A stretch of 64,000 nt of DNA from Escherichia phage vB_EcoM_TU01, in sequence record MZ560701. One strand, 5' to 3'. Position 1 is the stretch's first letter. Every line of letters starts with the position of its first letter. A program made the translations under genes and the position numbers. Below are positions 1-8,967 of the stretch, in pieces. Under the pieces are notes generated by a model. It had not been told where the DNA came from. It searched no databases and saw only the letters and a list, made by a program, of their open reading frames with translations.

Positions 1-432
1 GACACTGAAGGCTTTTGGACGATTGGCATAGGCCATTTAGTAACAAAGAACCCGTCTTTAGCCGTAGCTAAAGCTGAACTTGACAGAATGATCGGACGTA
101 AATGCAACGGTACAATTACCCTTGATGAGGCTGAAAAGCTATTTAATGAAGACGTTGATAAAGCTGTTCGCGGAATCTTGGGTAATGCTAAACTTAAACC
201 GGTATATGATTCTTTAGATGCGGTTCGTCGATGTGCATTGGTCAATATGGTCTTCCAAATGGGTGTAACAGGCGTCGCTGGTTTTACTAATTCTCTTCGT
301 ATGCTTCAACAGAAACGTTGGGATGAAGCGGCAGTAAATCTAGCCCAATCTAAATGGTATCGTCAGACACCTAATCGCGCGAAACGCGTAATCTCAACAT
401 TTAAAACAGGAACTTGGAAAGCGTATATATGA
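1..432 (+). CDS. e: T4-type lysozyme (endolysin), 5'-truncated at window edge
   Basis: Frame 1 from nt 1 gives ...[10 protein letters not shown]...[55 protein letters not shown]..., near-identical to T4 lysozyme as recalled; stop 430-432. Confidence 0.95.
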   Translation, partial: DTEGFWTIGIGHLVTKNPSLAVAKAELDRMIGRKCNGTITLDEAEKLFNEDVDKAVRGILGNAKLKPVYDSLDAVRRCALVNMVFQMGVTGVAGFTNSLRMLQQKRWDEAAVNLAQSKWYRQTPNRAKRVISTFKTGTWKAYI

Positions 433-710
433 AAACATATAGTGAATTTTTATCAGAATCTATTCTTAACGAAGCTACTGACACATTTGCAACTAAGCTA
501 GGTGCAGCTTTGGTTGAAGCTGAAAGTCTATTAGCACGTATTTCTGAACTTGCTAGTAAGATAGATACTCGCAAATTTGAACGTACCAGTGATATCGTTA
601 AGCTTGAAGCCTTGTTGCGTATGTGCGATAAACCGGAAGAAATCGCTAAGAACGGCTCGCTGATGAAACAACGTCTTGAAAAATATATTTCAGGCGCTTC
701 AGAAAAATAG
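429..710 (+). CDS. internal-protein-like, N-terminal capsid targeting sequence ([10 protein letters not shown])
   Basis: ATG overlaps e stop (ATGA); N-terminus matches T4 internal-protein CTS consensus MKTYQEFIAE. Confidence 0.6.
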   Translation: MKTYSEFLSESILNEATDTFATKLGAALVEAESLLARISELASKIDTRKFERTSDIVKLEALLRMCDKPEEIAKNGSLMKQRLEKYISGASEK

Positions 711-711
711 T

Positions 712-763
712 GTTTACTTCCTCCAAGGACTTTGATACTATACATTCATCAACTACTTGGAGG
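712..763 (+). promoter_or_regulatory. early promoter in stem-loop (PeSL-like): GTTTAC -35, TG-n-TACTAT -10, inverted repeat CCTCCAAG/CTTGGAGG
   Basis: GTTTAC 712-717, TACTAT 736-741 (18-nt spacer); 3' arm carries the denV Shine-Dalgarno. Confidence 0.55.
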
Positions 764-768
764 AAATT

Positions 769-1182
769 ATGACTCGTATCAATTTAACACTTGTTTCTGA
801 ACTGACCGACCAACATCTTATGGCTGAGTATCGTGAATTACCACGCGTATTTGGTGCAGTCCGTAAACATGTTCAAAACGGTAAACGTGTAAAGGATTTT
901 AAAATCTCTCCAACATTTATCTTAGGCACAGGTCACGTAACATTCTTTTACGACAAACTCGAATTTTTACGTTTACGACAAATCGAGCTAATCGCTGAAT
1001 GCTTGAAACGTGGTTTCAAAATCAAGGACACGACTGTCCAGGATATTTCCGACATCCCTGCCGAATTTCGTAATAATTATGTCCCGTCCGAAGCGTCCAT
1101 TGCGATAAGTCAAGCACGCTTAGATGAAAAAATTGCTCAGCGCCCGACTTGGTACAAATACTATGGTAAACCAATTTACTAA
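769..1182 (+). CDS. denV: endonuclease V, pyrimidine-dimer DNA glycosylase
   Basis: [35 protein letters not shown]...[15 protein letters not shown] matches T4 endoV; GGAGG RBS before ATG 769. Confidence 0.95.
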   Translation: MTRINLTLVSELTDQHLMAEYRELPRVFGAVRKHVQNGKRVKDFKISPTFILGTGHVTFFYDKLEFLRLRQIELIAECLKRGFKIKDTTVQDISDIPAEFRNNYVPSEASIAISQARLDEKIAQRPTWYKYYGKPIY

Positions 1183-1188
1183 GGAAAA

Positions 1189-1305
1189 ATGAAAATGTAT
1201 CAAGAATTTATCACTGAAGCAGATGACAAAGGTCCTAAAGTAGATGTTGACGATATTGGATACGATTTTAACAACTTCGGAATTATTTCTGGCGGTAAAG
1301 CTTAA
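1189..1305 (+). CDS. small internal-protein-like ORF with CTS (MKMYQEFITEA)
   Basis: 38 codons; AAGGA RBS; CTS-like N-terminus; below ORF-track size cutoff. Confidence 0.4.
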   Translation: MKMYQEFITEADDKGPKVDVDDIGYDFNNFGIISGGKA

Positions 1306-1308
1306 ACG

Positions 1309-1338
1309 GTTTACGCTTAAGTGTTAATATGGTATAAT
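1309..1338 (+). promoter_or_regulatory. T4-type early promoter (GTTTAC-18 nt-TATAAT)
   Basis: GTTTAC 1309-1314, TATAAT 1333-1338. Confidence 0.5.
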
Positions 1339-1368
1339 TACTCTATCAAAACAAACAAGGAAACAAAA

Positions 1369-1683
1369 ATGAAAACGTATAAAGAATTTATTGCAGAATC
1401 CGCCAACCAACGCGTTGAAGGTGGTTATATTTGGATTGAACAAGTTGAGCCACCGAGCCGCACTTCTACAGGTAAATGGAAAATTACTGTTGATGGTCCT
1501 GGTGGTAAACGTAGGACTCTTAAAGAAATTAATGGGTACTATGAAGAAGCTCTTTCGGATGCAGGAACTTACATGATGCAAATCATGATTAAAAACCCTG
1601 AAAACCGTTTTGCAGCTAAAGTCTTCCGTCGCATCGGTAATAAACTTTATGACGCATACTCTAAAAACTTCCCTAAAGAATAA
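1369..1683 (+). CDS. internal-protein-like with CTS (MKTYKEFIAE)
   Basis: N-terminal 10 residues match the T4 IP capsid-targeting consensus; own promoter. Confidence 0.6.
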   Translation: MKTYKEFIAESANQRVEGGYIWIEQVEPPSRTSTGKWKITVDGPGGKRRTLKEINGYYEEALSDAGTYMMQIMIKNPENRFAAKVFRRIGNKLYDAYSKNFPKE

Positions 1684-1709
1684 CATAAATTAAAACAATA
1701 GGAACAAAA

Positions 1710-2012
1710 ATGAAAACNTATNAAGAATTTATNACTGAAGCGCGCGTAACTGCGGGTAAATTAGAAGCCGCTATAAATAAAAAGGCTCATTCATTTCATG
1801 ATTTGTCCGATAAAGACCGTAAGAAACTTGTAAGCCTTTATATTGACAAAGAGCGTATTCTCGCTCTTCCTGGCGCTAATGAAGGTAAACAGGCCAAGCC
1901 TTTGAATGCTGTCGAAAAGAAAATTGATAACTTTGCTTCTAAATTCGGTATGTCTATGGACGACCTTCAGCAAGCGGCTATCGAAGCAGCTAAAGTAATT
2001 AAAGGTAAATAA
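1710..2012 (+). CDS. internal-protein-like with CTS (MKxYxEFxTEA; N-containing)
   Basis: CTS-like N-terminus; AGGAAC RBS. Confidence 0.55.
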   Translation: MKXYXEFXTEARVTAGKLEAAINKKAHSFHDLSDKDRKKLVSLYIDKERILALPGANEGKQAKPLNAVEKKIDNFASKFGMSMDDLQQAAIEAAKVIKGK

Positions 2013-2014
2013 CA

Positions 2015-2066
2015 GTTTACTTTCTCCTAAAATTGTGATAGTATATTCATAATTACTTGGAGGGGT
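2015..2066 (+). promoter_or_regulatory. early promoter (GTTTAC / TAGTAT) upstream of denV-fragment
   Basis: GTTTAC 2015-2020, -10 near 2039-2044, GGAGG RBS. Confidence 0.45.
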
Positions 2067-2069
2067 AAA

Positions 2070-2198
2070 ATGACTTATATTAATTTGACTTTAGTATCTG
2101 AACTTGCTGATCAACATTTAATCGCAGAATACCGTGAANTGCCNCGTGTTTTTGGTATAGTTCGTAAACATGTGGCAAAAATATTTACATTCAAATAA
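2070..2198 (+). pseudogene. truncated duplicate of denV 5' end (first ~36 codons, then divergent and stop)
   Basis: [35 protein letters not shown] then AKIFTFK-stop; parallels denV residues 1-36. Confidence 0.6.
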
Positions 2199-2341
2199 CA
2201 TGGGAACAACCTGGACCTCATGATTCTATGAGGGATTCCCGCCAACCTGTAATAAGGTCGAGCCCAAGTGCGGTAATGGGTAAATACAGAAATGGACAAT
2301 TCATGTGCCACGGAATGGCCCCCAACCTTAAGAGAAATAAT

Positions 2342-2881
2342 ATGAGAACATTTTTAACTGGACCTTATCTATCCCTGATGAATGCTTTTACACACCATTC
2401 TGATGCTAGAGTAGAAGAAATTTGTAAGAACGGTTATGTCCCACCATTTGAAGACGTACTCAAGCAGTACTGTACACTTCGTTTAGACGGTGGCAGACAA
2501 TCCGGTAAATCAACTGCAGTAACTAATTTTGCCGCTAATTGGCTGCATGATGGTGGAACAGTTATTGTTCTTTCTAATACTTCAGCTTATTCTAAAATTT
2601 CTGCTGGCAATATTAAAAAAGAATTTTCTCGTTATTCTAGCGATGATATTCGATTCCGTTTATTTACTGATTCTGTCCGTAGTTTTATTGGCAATGAAGG
2701 TTCTAAATTCCGTGGATTAACGCTTTCTCGTATTCTGTATATAATTGACGAGCCTATTAAAGCTCCTGATATGGATAAGATTTACAACATACATATTAAA
2801 ACAGTCCAACACTGTTGCAAAAGCAAATATTGCATCGGCGGTATTGCTCGTCCTCAATTTTTTGTGATTGGAATGCAATGA
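2342..2881 (+). CDS. P-loop NTPase (Walker A GGRQSGKST, Walker B-like ILYIIDE), unknown function
   Basis: Start could be earlier (ORF open from 2228); 2199-2341 compositionally atypical (GC-richer). Confidence 0.5.
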   Translation: MRTFLTGPYLSLMNAFTHHSDARVEEICKNGYVPPFEDVLKQYCTLRLDGGRQSGKSTAVTNFAANWLHDGGTVIVLSNTSAYSKISAGNIKKEFSRYSSDDIRFRLFTDSVRSFIGNEGSKFRGLTLSRILYIIDEPIKAPDMDKIYNIHIKTVQHCCKSKYCIGGIARPQFFVIGMQ

Positions 2882-3186
2882 TGACCACTATTGAAGTTTT
2901 TGAATATTGTTATAATAGCCCAGTATGCAATAAAAGGGCCCTTGTAGAAAATTATGAGATTTACCATTTTAAACCTAAACGATATCGTTTGACTAAAGGT
3001 CCATTCGCAGGTCAGCAGGTTCTTTGTACTGCTCCTAATGCACGGTTGATGACTAGTATTCCGCATTTCAAAATGGAATTTATTGATGGGCCATTTAAGG
3101 GATTAATCACTCAAAGTTTAATGGCGTTTAATTCCGTCCCATTTTTGATTAAAGAAAAAACTTGGATAAATTTATTTTCTAATTGA
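2878..3186 (+). CDS. hypothetical protein
   Basis: ATG overlaps upstream stop (ATGATGA). Confidence 0.4.
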   Translation: MMTTIEVFEYCYNSPVCNKRALVENYEIYHFKPKRYRLTKGPFAGQQVLCTAPNARLMTSIPHFKMEFIDGPFKGLITQSLMAFNSVPFLIKEKTWINLFSN

Positions 3187-3192
3187 GGTTAT

Positions 3193-3555
3193 ATGAAAGC
3201 ATATCAAATTCTTGAAGGTGCACATAAAGGCACTATTTATTTTGAAGACGGTGCTCAAGCCCGGATTATTGTCTCTAAGACTTTTAAAGAAGACGCTATT
3301 GTAGACCCAGAAATTTTCTACGGTTTGAATGCCCGTGAAATTGAAATTGAACATCAACCTAAAGTTAAAATTGAAGGTGGACAACATCTGAACGTTAACG
3401 TTCTGCGTCGTGAAACTCTGGAAGATGCAGTTAAGCATCCGGAAAAATATCCGCAGCTGACCATCCGTGTATCCGGTTATGCAGTTCGCTTTAACTCTCT
3501 GACTCCAGAACAGCAGCGCGACGTTATCGCTCGTACCTTTACTGAGAGTCTATAA
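3193..3555 (+). CDS. autonomous glycyl-radical cofactor (GrcA/YfiD-like)
   Basis: C-terminus [31 protein letters not shown] is the PFL/GrcA glycyl-radical signature (RVSGYAV). Confidence 0.88.
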   Translation: MKAYQILEGAHKGTIYFEDGAQARIIVSKTFKEDAIVDPEIFYGLNAREIEIEHQPKVKIEGGQHLNVNVLRRETLEDAVKHPEKYPQLTIRVSGYAVRFNSLTPEQQRDVIARTFTESL

Positions 3556-3779
3556 TGGCTAAATTGATTATAGAAGGGTCTGAAGATGTTTTAAAATGTT
3601 TTGCCGCCTGGTTTAGTTGCTCAGGCGAGCAATCATTCATTGAAGCATTTAGAACGGGTGATATTACTGGAAAATATCCGTCAACCGATATCACTGTACG
3701 CGGATATGGTATTAATGAGCCTATCCAATTGGTCGAATACGACCTTGCCACCGATGAGGAAATTCCTTATGTCGATTGA
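3555..3779 (+). CDS. hypothetical protein
   Basis: TAATG overlap with GrcA stop. Confidence 0.45.
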   Translation: MAKLIIEGSEDVLKCFAAWFSCSGEQSFIEAFRTGDITGKYPSTDITVRGYGINEPIQLVEYDLATDEEIPYVD

Positions 3780-4035
3780 AGACATCAAAGGCTACAAGCC
3801 GCATACCGATGATAAAATCGGTAAAGTGAACGCTATTAAAGATGCTGAAGTCCGTCTTGGATTGATGTTTGATGCTCTGATTGAAGAAGCATATATCTTG
3901 AAAGAAAATGAAACAGAGCAACAAACCAAAGAAGATATGGATGCAGTGCAGGCTCTTAAGTATGCTAAGCAACATCTAAAAGAAGCTAGTATGTGGGCGT
4001 GTCGTGCAGTATTTCGACCAGAGGAAAAATACTAA
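3769..4035 (+). CDS. hypothetical protein
   Basis: In-frame ATG overlapping upstream stop; 3601 start of the tracked ORF rejected. Confidence 0.45.
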   Translation: MSIEDIKGYKPHTDDKIGKVNAIKDAEVRLGLMFDALIEEAYILKENETEQQTKEDMDAVQALKYAKQHLKEASMWACRAVFRPEEKY

Positions 4036-4250
4036 TGGCTTCTACTATTACTGGGTTATTGGACTTTCAAGAAAAGGTCAACAAAATTTGTAGTGAATAC
4101 TTAAAGTATCTTGAAGAAGACNTTGAAGATTGTAAGGAAGAAGGCGAAGAAGACTATGCTGACCAGCGTCGTCGCCAAATCGAAGAGATGAGGCATTTCG
4201 CCGATATGGTATCTAAAGAATCTTGGGCTTTAACTCCATTTTATCAATAA
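4035..4250 (+). CDS. hypothetical acidic protein
   Basis: TAATG overlap start. Confidence 0.4.
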   Translation: MASTITGLLDFQEKVNKICSEYLKYLEEDXEDCKEEGEEDYADQRRRQIEEMRHFADMVSKESWALTPFYQ

Positions 4251-4254
4251 AGTA

Positions 4255-4306
4255 GTTTACTTCTCCTCTAGTTGTGTTACTATAGACCTTGTCAACTAGA
4301 GGAGAA
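4255..4306 (+). promoter_or_regulatory. early promoter within stem-loop (PeSL-like) for regB
   Basis: GTTTAC 4255-4260, TACTAT 4278-4283, inverted repeat CCTCTAGTTG (4265-4274) / CAACTAGAGG (4293-4302). Confidence 0.6.
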
Positions 4307-4311
4307 ATCAA

Positions 4312-4770
4312 ATGACTATCAATTCAGACGTTTTTATCCGCCGTAATAAACTCCGTCGAATCTTTGAAACGGAGTTCCGCAAAATAAATGCCGGTATAAA
4401 AGATGCTGCAAAGTCTCTTGGACTACCAGGCTTTCATATCAAGTATTCTCAACATCTCTTAGATCGTGCCATCCAGAGAGAAATAGATGAGAACTACGTT
4501 TTTGAATTATTTCGTAAAGTAAAAAATCATGTTAAAGAAGTTGCAGAATTTTTATCAATGCCGGCACGTCCAGATGTTGATGAAGATTTTGTCGAAGGCG
4601 TCGAATATCGCCCAGGCCGTTTAGAAATAACTGACGGAAATCTTTGGTTAGGACTTACAGTTTGTCGCGAAAATCCAGCATTCAAAATGAAGACTCTTCA
4701 ATGCAGAATGGCTATTATTAACAGTAAACGACTACCAGGAAAAGCTTCTAAAGCAGTGATTAAAATCTAG
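4312..4770 (+). CDS. regB: RegB site-specific endoribonuclease
   Basis: MTINSDVFIRRNKLRR...HIKYSQHLLDRAIQREIDE...RLPGKASKAVIKI closely matches T4 RegB. Confidence 0.93.
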   Translation: MTINSDVFIRRNKLRRIFETEFRKINAGIKDAAKSLGLPGFHIKYSQHLLDRAIQREIDENYVFELFRKVKNHVKEVAEFLSMPARPDVDEDFVEGVEYRPGRLEITDGNLWLGLTVCRENPAFKMKTLQCRMAIINSKRLPGKASKAVIKI

Positions 4771-4778
4771 AGGTAAAC

Positions 4779-5321
4779 ATGAGAAAAGCACTACTCGCTG
4801 GTCTATTTGCTCTTTCGTTATCAGCACATAGCTCCGAGCATACTTTTAGTAATGTCCAACTCGATAACTTGAATTATGCTTATCAGTTTGGGGAACAGTT
4901 TTCTAAGGACGGAAAATTTAAAACGCATGAAAATATGCATAAGAAAGGACTTGGATACATAATGGCCGCAATACTATGGCAGGAATCATCTGCCGGTATT
5001 AATCTTAAAGATAAGAAAGGTCACCATGCGTATGGAATGTTCCAAAATTATCTACCAACAATGAGGGCAAGAATTAACCAGCTTGGTTATAATATGACTG
5101 ATGCCCAAATTAAGAAAATGCTATCTAAGCGGTCTAATTCAGCCAGATGGGCTTATATCGAATTTTCTTATTGGTTAAATATACATAATGGGGATATAAG
5201 AAAAGCTATATCCTCATATAACGCGGGATGGAAGACAAGTGCTGGAAGTAAATATGCTTCTGAAGTCCTAGAAAAGGCCAATTACCTTAAATCAAATAAA
5301 CTACTGGAAATAAAAGAATGA
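4779..5321 (+). CDS. secreted protein, possible lytic transglycosylase-like fold (LWQESSAG...GMFQ)
   Basis: N-terminal signal peptide MRKALLAGLFALSLSAHS; E-S and G-hMFQ motifs resemble SLT domains. Confidence 0.55.
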   Translation: MRKALLAGLFALSLSAHSSEHTFSNVQLDNLNYAYQFGEQFSKDGKFKTHENMHKKGLGYIMAAILWQESSAGINLKDKKGHHAYGMFQNYLPTMRARINQLGYNMTDAQIKKMLSKRSNSARWAYIEFSYWLNIHNGDIRKAISSYNAGWKTSAGSKYASEVLEKANYLKSNKLLEIKE

Positions 5322-5665
5322 CCAAAATGTTGGCTTTAATAGTTGGCTTGGTTTCATTTAACGCTCTTGCTAATACTACATATACTGATATAACGGAGTA
5401 TACAAACAGAACGGCGTCTGATTATTGTGGTCAAAGTCAAGAGTGTAAAGTAGATTTTTCACAAAAATTGTTATATGCGTATAAAGACGGAGAAAAAGAT
5501 GGGGCGTCTAGTAGGTTCAAGGCGTCTACCTTAATTAAAAGATACTATAAAAAATGGCAAATATTAGAATGCTCGGTGGCGGAACCTAAAGATAAGGCAG
5601 CATGCAATTCTATGGTGGACCGTCTAGTTGACTCTTATAATAGAGGACTTGCAGCAAGTGATTAA
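5318..5665 (+). CDS. secreted hypothetical protein (signal peptide, Cys-containing)
   Basis: MTKMLALIVGLVSFNALA leader; ATGA overlap. Confidence 0.5.
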   Translation: MTKMLALIVGLVSFNALANTTYTDITEYTNRTASDYCGQSQECKVDFSQKLLYAYKDGEKDGASSRFKASTLIKRYYKKWQILECSVAEPKDKAACNSMVDRLVDSYNRGLAASD

Positions 5666-6125
5666 AAACTATATCAAGGGCGATATTGTCGCCCTGTTTT
5701 CTAAAGGTAATAATATCGCTCATGGGTGTAATTGTTTTCATACAATGGGCGCCGGTGTGGCAGGACAATTAGCAAAGGCTTATCCAAAAATTCTAGAAGC
5801 TGATAAACTTCAAACCGAATTCGGAGACGAGTCTAAACTCGGGACTTATTCGGTTTATGAAAAATATTTTAAGACCCATAAAGCTTATTGCTTTAATCTT
5901 TATACGCAGTTTGAGCCGGGACCTAATTTTGAGTACTCTGCTTTAATGAATTGTATAATAGAATTAAATGAATTCGGAAAGAATAAGATAACAAAGCCTG
6001 TAATTTATATGCCAAGAATTGGTGCAGGTATTGGTGGTGGAAACTGGGATGTCATCGAAGAGATTTTAGATACGTATTCCACTAAACTAGAAATTGTGAT
6101 TGTTGATTGGGAACCATTATTATGA
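5658..6125 (+). CDS. macro-domain protein (ADP-ribose binding/processing fold), probable GTG start
   Basis: IKNYIKGDIVALFSKGNNIAHGCNCFHTMGAGVAGQL ... IGAGIGGGNW; no in-frame ATG upstream of the domain; GAGGA 10 nt before GTG 5658. Confidence 0.65.
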   Translation: MIKNYIKGDIVALFSKGNNIAHGCNCFHTMGAGVAGQLAKAYPKILEADKLQTEFGDESKLGTYSVYEKYFKTHKAYCFNLYTQFEPGPNFEYSALMNCIIELNEFGKNKITKPVIYMPRIGAGIGGGNWDVIEEILDTYSTKLEIVIVDWEPLL

Positions 6126-6334
6126 ATATACATTATCCACATCCATATGACCCAAAGAATAAGGCAGTAATTATTCGTCAATGGGAACGAATTTGTCGTA
6201 CCAAATGCCCAATTAATAGTCCACATGATGTAGATAAAGACTACATCGGAACATTCGTTGAATATACCTTTATTGATAAGAAAGGCCGTAAACAACATGT
6301 AGAAGAATATTGCTTAAAGGTGACATGGCTATGA
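6122..6334 (+). CDS. hypothetical protein
   Basis: ATGA overlap with macro-domain stop. Confidence 0.4.
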   Translation: MNIHYPHPYDPKNKAVIIRQWERICRTKCPINSPHDVDKDYIGTFVEYTFIDKKGRKQHVEEYCLKVTWL

Positions 6335-6537
6335 GTCAAACAAAAATTCTTACAGGTGCTAAATGCGAAAAATGCGAATGGCCTGTAGTTTTTGCTTTAT
6401 GCAATGACGAAATGGCTTGTGATTTTGATTATTGGTGTTACTGTTCGAACAAAGGTTGTAGCAATCATAAAGGTGAAGGGTTTTACTCAGGATTTTACCC
6501 TTACCCAGATTTCGTTAAAGAAGGTGAACCTAAATGA
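6331..6537 (+). CDS. Cys-rich small protein (possible Zn-binding)
   Basis: CEKCEW...CNDEMACDFDYWCYCSNKGC. Confidence 0.4.
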   Translation: MSQTKILTGAKCEKCEWPVVFALCNDEMACDFDYWCYCSNKGCSNHKGEGFYSGFYPYPDFVKEGEPK

Positions 6538-6716
6538 AATTAACTAAAGAAGAGAAAGCTAAACTGTTTGAACTTATTCATGACCTATTGGATGAGCAAG
6601 CAGCCACCAATGCGTACGATGAATATGCTCCTTTAACAGATGAAGAATATCAAGCATTGATGGAATCATTTGACAGGAAAGAACAAGAACTCATTGACTA
6701 CGTGAATTCACTATAA
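6534..6716 (+). CDS. hypothetical acidic protein
   Basis: ATGA overlap. Confidence 0.4.
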   Translation: MKLTKEEKAKLFELIHDLLDEQAATNAYDEYAPLTDEEYQALMESFDRKEQELIDYVNSL

Positions 6717-6725
6717 GGGACTCTT

Positions 6726-7307
6726 ATGGCTAGTTTAATTTTTACATATGCCGCTATGAACGCTGGTAAGTCTGCTTCATTACTTACTGCCGCACATAAC
6801 TATAAAGAACGTGGCATGGGTGTATTAGTTCTTAAACCGGCTATTGATACTCGCGATTCAAAAGGTGAAATAGTCTCTCGTATTGGTATTCGTCAGGACG
6901 CCAATATAATTACAAAAGACATGGATATCTTTGAATTCTATAAATGGGCTGCAGCACAAAAGGATATTCATTGTGTATTTGTTGACGAAGCTCAGTTCTT
7001 AACTACTGAAAAGGTGTATCAACTTAGTCGTATTGTTGACGTATACAATGTGCCGGTAATGGCATATGGACTACGAACAGATTTTAAAGGTAATCTATTT
7101 GAAGGTTCTCAAGCATTAATGGCTATTGCCGATAAGCTTGTTGAACTTAAAGGTGTCTGTCATTGTGGTAAAAAGGCCACAATGGTAGCTAGAGTCACGG
7201 AAGACGGACTTCCAATTACAGATGGCAGTCAAATTGAAATTGGTGATACCGATAGATATGTGTCATTATGCCGGAAGCATTGGAATGATTTGACAGGGTT
7301 GTTATAA
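6726..7307 (+). CDS. tk: thymidine kinase
   Basis: P-loop AMNAGKSASLL, FVDEAQF, C-terminal CHCGKKATMVARV...LCRKHW zinc ribbon; matches T4 Tk. Confidence 0.93.
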   Translation: MASLIFTYAAMNAGKSASLLTAAHNYKERGMGVLVLKPAIDTRDSKGEIVSRIGIRQDANIITKDMDIFEFYKWAAAQKDIHCVFVDEAQFLTTEKVYQLSRIVDVYNVPVMAYGLRTDFKGNLFEGSQALMAIADKLVELKGVCHCGKKATMVARVTEDGLPITDGSQIEIGDTDRYVSLCRKHWNDLTGLL

Positions 7308-7334
7308 ATACTAATATCTAACCAAGAGGTATAT

Positions 7335-7547
7335 ATGCAGCAATTAAACGAAAGACAACTTCGTAATCTTACTGTAACCCAATTGGATGAAATCCGAAGA
7401 GAATTAGGACATTCTATTTCTCATTTAAACGAGGATATCCGTCAAACTGGTTCTAAAGCTGATTATACACGCAAGCGCAAGCTGGAAAAATACCTCACAG
7501 ATGTTAAGGCCGTCCAAAGGCGAAAAATAAATACTGGCCAAAATTAA
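7335..7547 (+). CDS. hypothetical protein
   Basis: AGAGG RBS; ORF track. Confidence 0.45.
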   Translation: MQQLNERQLRNLTVTQLDEIRRELGHSISHLNEDIRQTGSKADYTRKRKLEKYLTDVKAVQRRKINTGQN

Positions 7548-7559
7548 CAGGAGGCCTAT

Positions 7560-7862
7560 ATGGCCTTAAGAGCGATAGCTGTCATGGCGATGCTGGGGTT
7601 TTTTGCAGCAACAACTCCTAACGTTGGTACTGCGTACACCGACCCATATTTTGATAACTTTATGGAATCAGGGATTAAAAACGTATATACTTTGTTTGAA
7701 ATTCAAAATGTCGAGAATTCTGAAAAATTCTATAAGTATATGGCAAAGCATTACAAAAATAGCCCCTGTGACGATGCATTTGAATGTCATGAACAAGGCA
7801 TAAAAACTGCCAGACAATTTGCCGAGTTCATGAAAATAAAATTAGAGCCTACATCTATCTAA
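7560..7862 (+). CDS. hypothetical protein with N-terminal hydrophobic leader
   Basis: MALRAIAVMAMLGFFAATTP; GGAGG RBS. Confidence 0.45.
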   Translation: MALRAIAVMAMLGFFAATTPNVGTAYTDPYFDNFMESGIKNVYTLFEIQNVENSEKFYKYMAKHYKNSPCDDAFECHEQGIKTARQFAEFMKIKLEPTSI

Positions 7863-7868
7863 TTTACT

Positions 7869-7898
7869 AGCCCCTTCCTTACGGTTGGGGCTTTTTTG
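7869..7898 (+). terminator. rho-independent terminator-like hairpin plus T-run
   Basis: AGCCCC...GGGGCT followed by TTTTTT. Confidence 0.5.
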
Positions 7899-7907
7899 CA
7901 TTTAGCA

Positions 7908-7958
7908 GTTTACTTCTCCTCAGGTTGTGTTATAGTAGTCCTTACTTACTAGAGGAGA
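7908..7958 (+). promoter_or_regulatory. early promoter/stem-loop (PeSL-like)
   Basis: GTTTAC 7908-7913; CTCCTCAGG...ACTAGAGGAG inverted repeat around TG-n-TATAGT. Confidence 0.5.
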
Positions 7959-7963
7959 ACGTT

Positions 7964-8143
7964 ATGTCACGTAAAGAAAAAATTTCTAAGTTAATGTTTT
8001 TGATTGAAGAGTACGCTAATGCGGTATCTGATTGGGAAAATGCTCATGGTTGCGAAGATGGAGACATCGACATTAACAGAGCTATGAAAAAGATGGCCGA
8101 TGCCCACACCGAATTGCAAATGTATGTTAACGAGATTATGTGA
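7964..8143 (+). CDS. hypothetical protein
   Basis: GAGGAG RBS. Confidence 0.45.
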   Translation: MSRKEKISKLMFLIEEYANAVSDWENAHGCEDGDIDINRAMKKMADAHTELQMYVNEIM

Positions 8144-8150
8144 GGATATT

Positions 8151-8315
8151 ATGCTTTACGATTATACTGGAAAATCTGAAGACGGTGTACTTGAACTTTT
8201 ACCTGAAAGCGCTGAAGATGATATGGTAGTGATGTTTTGTGTTGGTTGTCAATCAATGCGTGATGAAATTTTTAAACGTGAACCAAGAAACTGTTGGCAC
8301 AGGAGCATGAGATGA
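8151..8315 (+). CDS. hypothetical protein (MLYDYTG... family)
   Basis: Paralogue of 8407-8622 (MLYD...EDGV..LE.LPE). Confidence 0.4.
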   Translation: MLYDYTGKSEDGVLELLPESAEDDMVVMFCVGCQSMRDEIFKREPRNCWHRSMR

Positions 8316-8407
8316 TTTATTATCTTGAACCTTGGGCTTGGTTAACAATGGCTGTAGGACCTGTTTTAATTGGTTTATTCTTTTCATGGTTAGCGAGGAA
8401 ACTGTAA
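8312..8407 (+). CDS. 31-aa hydrophobic micropeptide (candidate)
   Basis: MIYYLEPWAWLTMAVGPVLIGLFFSWLARKL; ATGA and TAATG overlaps with flanking genes. Confidence 0.3.
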   Translation: MIYYLEPWAWLTMAVGPVLIGLFFSWLARKL

Positions 8408-8622
8408 TGTTATATGACCCAAGCGGNNNTTNTGAAGATGGTGTGATTGTTCTGGAGCCTGAGCATCCAGTTGGTGATGTATATCGCNCNGTTGAAGTAT
8501 GCGAATGTAATTTCGTTGAAGGTAATACTGGCGGAATTTCCATTGAGCAAGATGATGATGTTATTTACCTGGATGCAAGCCAAGTAGAAGCTCTTTATAG
8601 CATTTTAAAACACAATCGGTAG
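8407..8622 (+). CDS. hypothetical protein (MLYDPS... family)
   Basis: Paralogue of 8151-8315. Confidence 0.4.
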   Translation: MLYDPSXXXEDGVIVLEPEHPVGDVYRXVEVCECNFVEGNTGGISIEQDDDVIYLDASQVEALYSILKHNR

Positions 8623-8660
8623 TTTACGTCTTGGTAGGACTATGATATAGTAATCCTACC
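8622..8660 (+). promoter_or_regulatory. early promoter/stem-loop (PeSL-like)
   Basis: GTTTAC 8622-8627; stem GGTAGGA/TCCTACC flanking TATGATATAGT. Confidence 0.5.
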
Positions 8661-8679
8661 AAAACAAATGGAGAACAAA

Positions 8680-8790
8680 ATGAAACTTTTGCTTATCGCT
8701 TATGTTGTAGTACAATACAATTATCCGATGTTTACTTATAACATGGTAAACGGCATAGTGAATCTTATTGAAACGAGTATGGTAAAATGA
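8680..8790 (+). CDS. small hypothetical ORF (36 aa)
   Basis: GGAGAA RBS. Confidence 0.3.
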   Translation: MKLLLIAYVVVQYNYPMFTYNMVNGIVNLIETSMVK

Positions 8791-8966
8791 CCCGTGAACA
8801 AGCTAATAAATTGATGGACCTTATCCATGACTTACGTGAAGCCGATTCAGATTTGAATGATGTAGCTTATCATGCGGTAAATGATAACGGAGACTTTTAT
8901 GAAAATCAGGTTGATGCTTGCCAGAATGCTTTGGTGAATTTTGTTGAAACTTTAATTGGTGAATAA
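8787..8966 (+). CDS. small hypothetical acidic protein (59 aa)
   Basis: ATGA overlap. Confidence 0.35.
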   Translation: MTREQANKLMDLIHDLREADSDLNDVAYHAVNDNGDFYENQVDACQNALVNFVETLIGE

Positions 8967-8967
8967 T

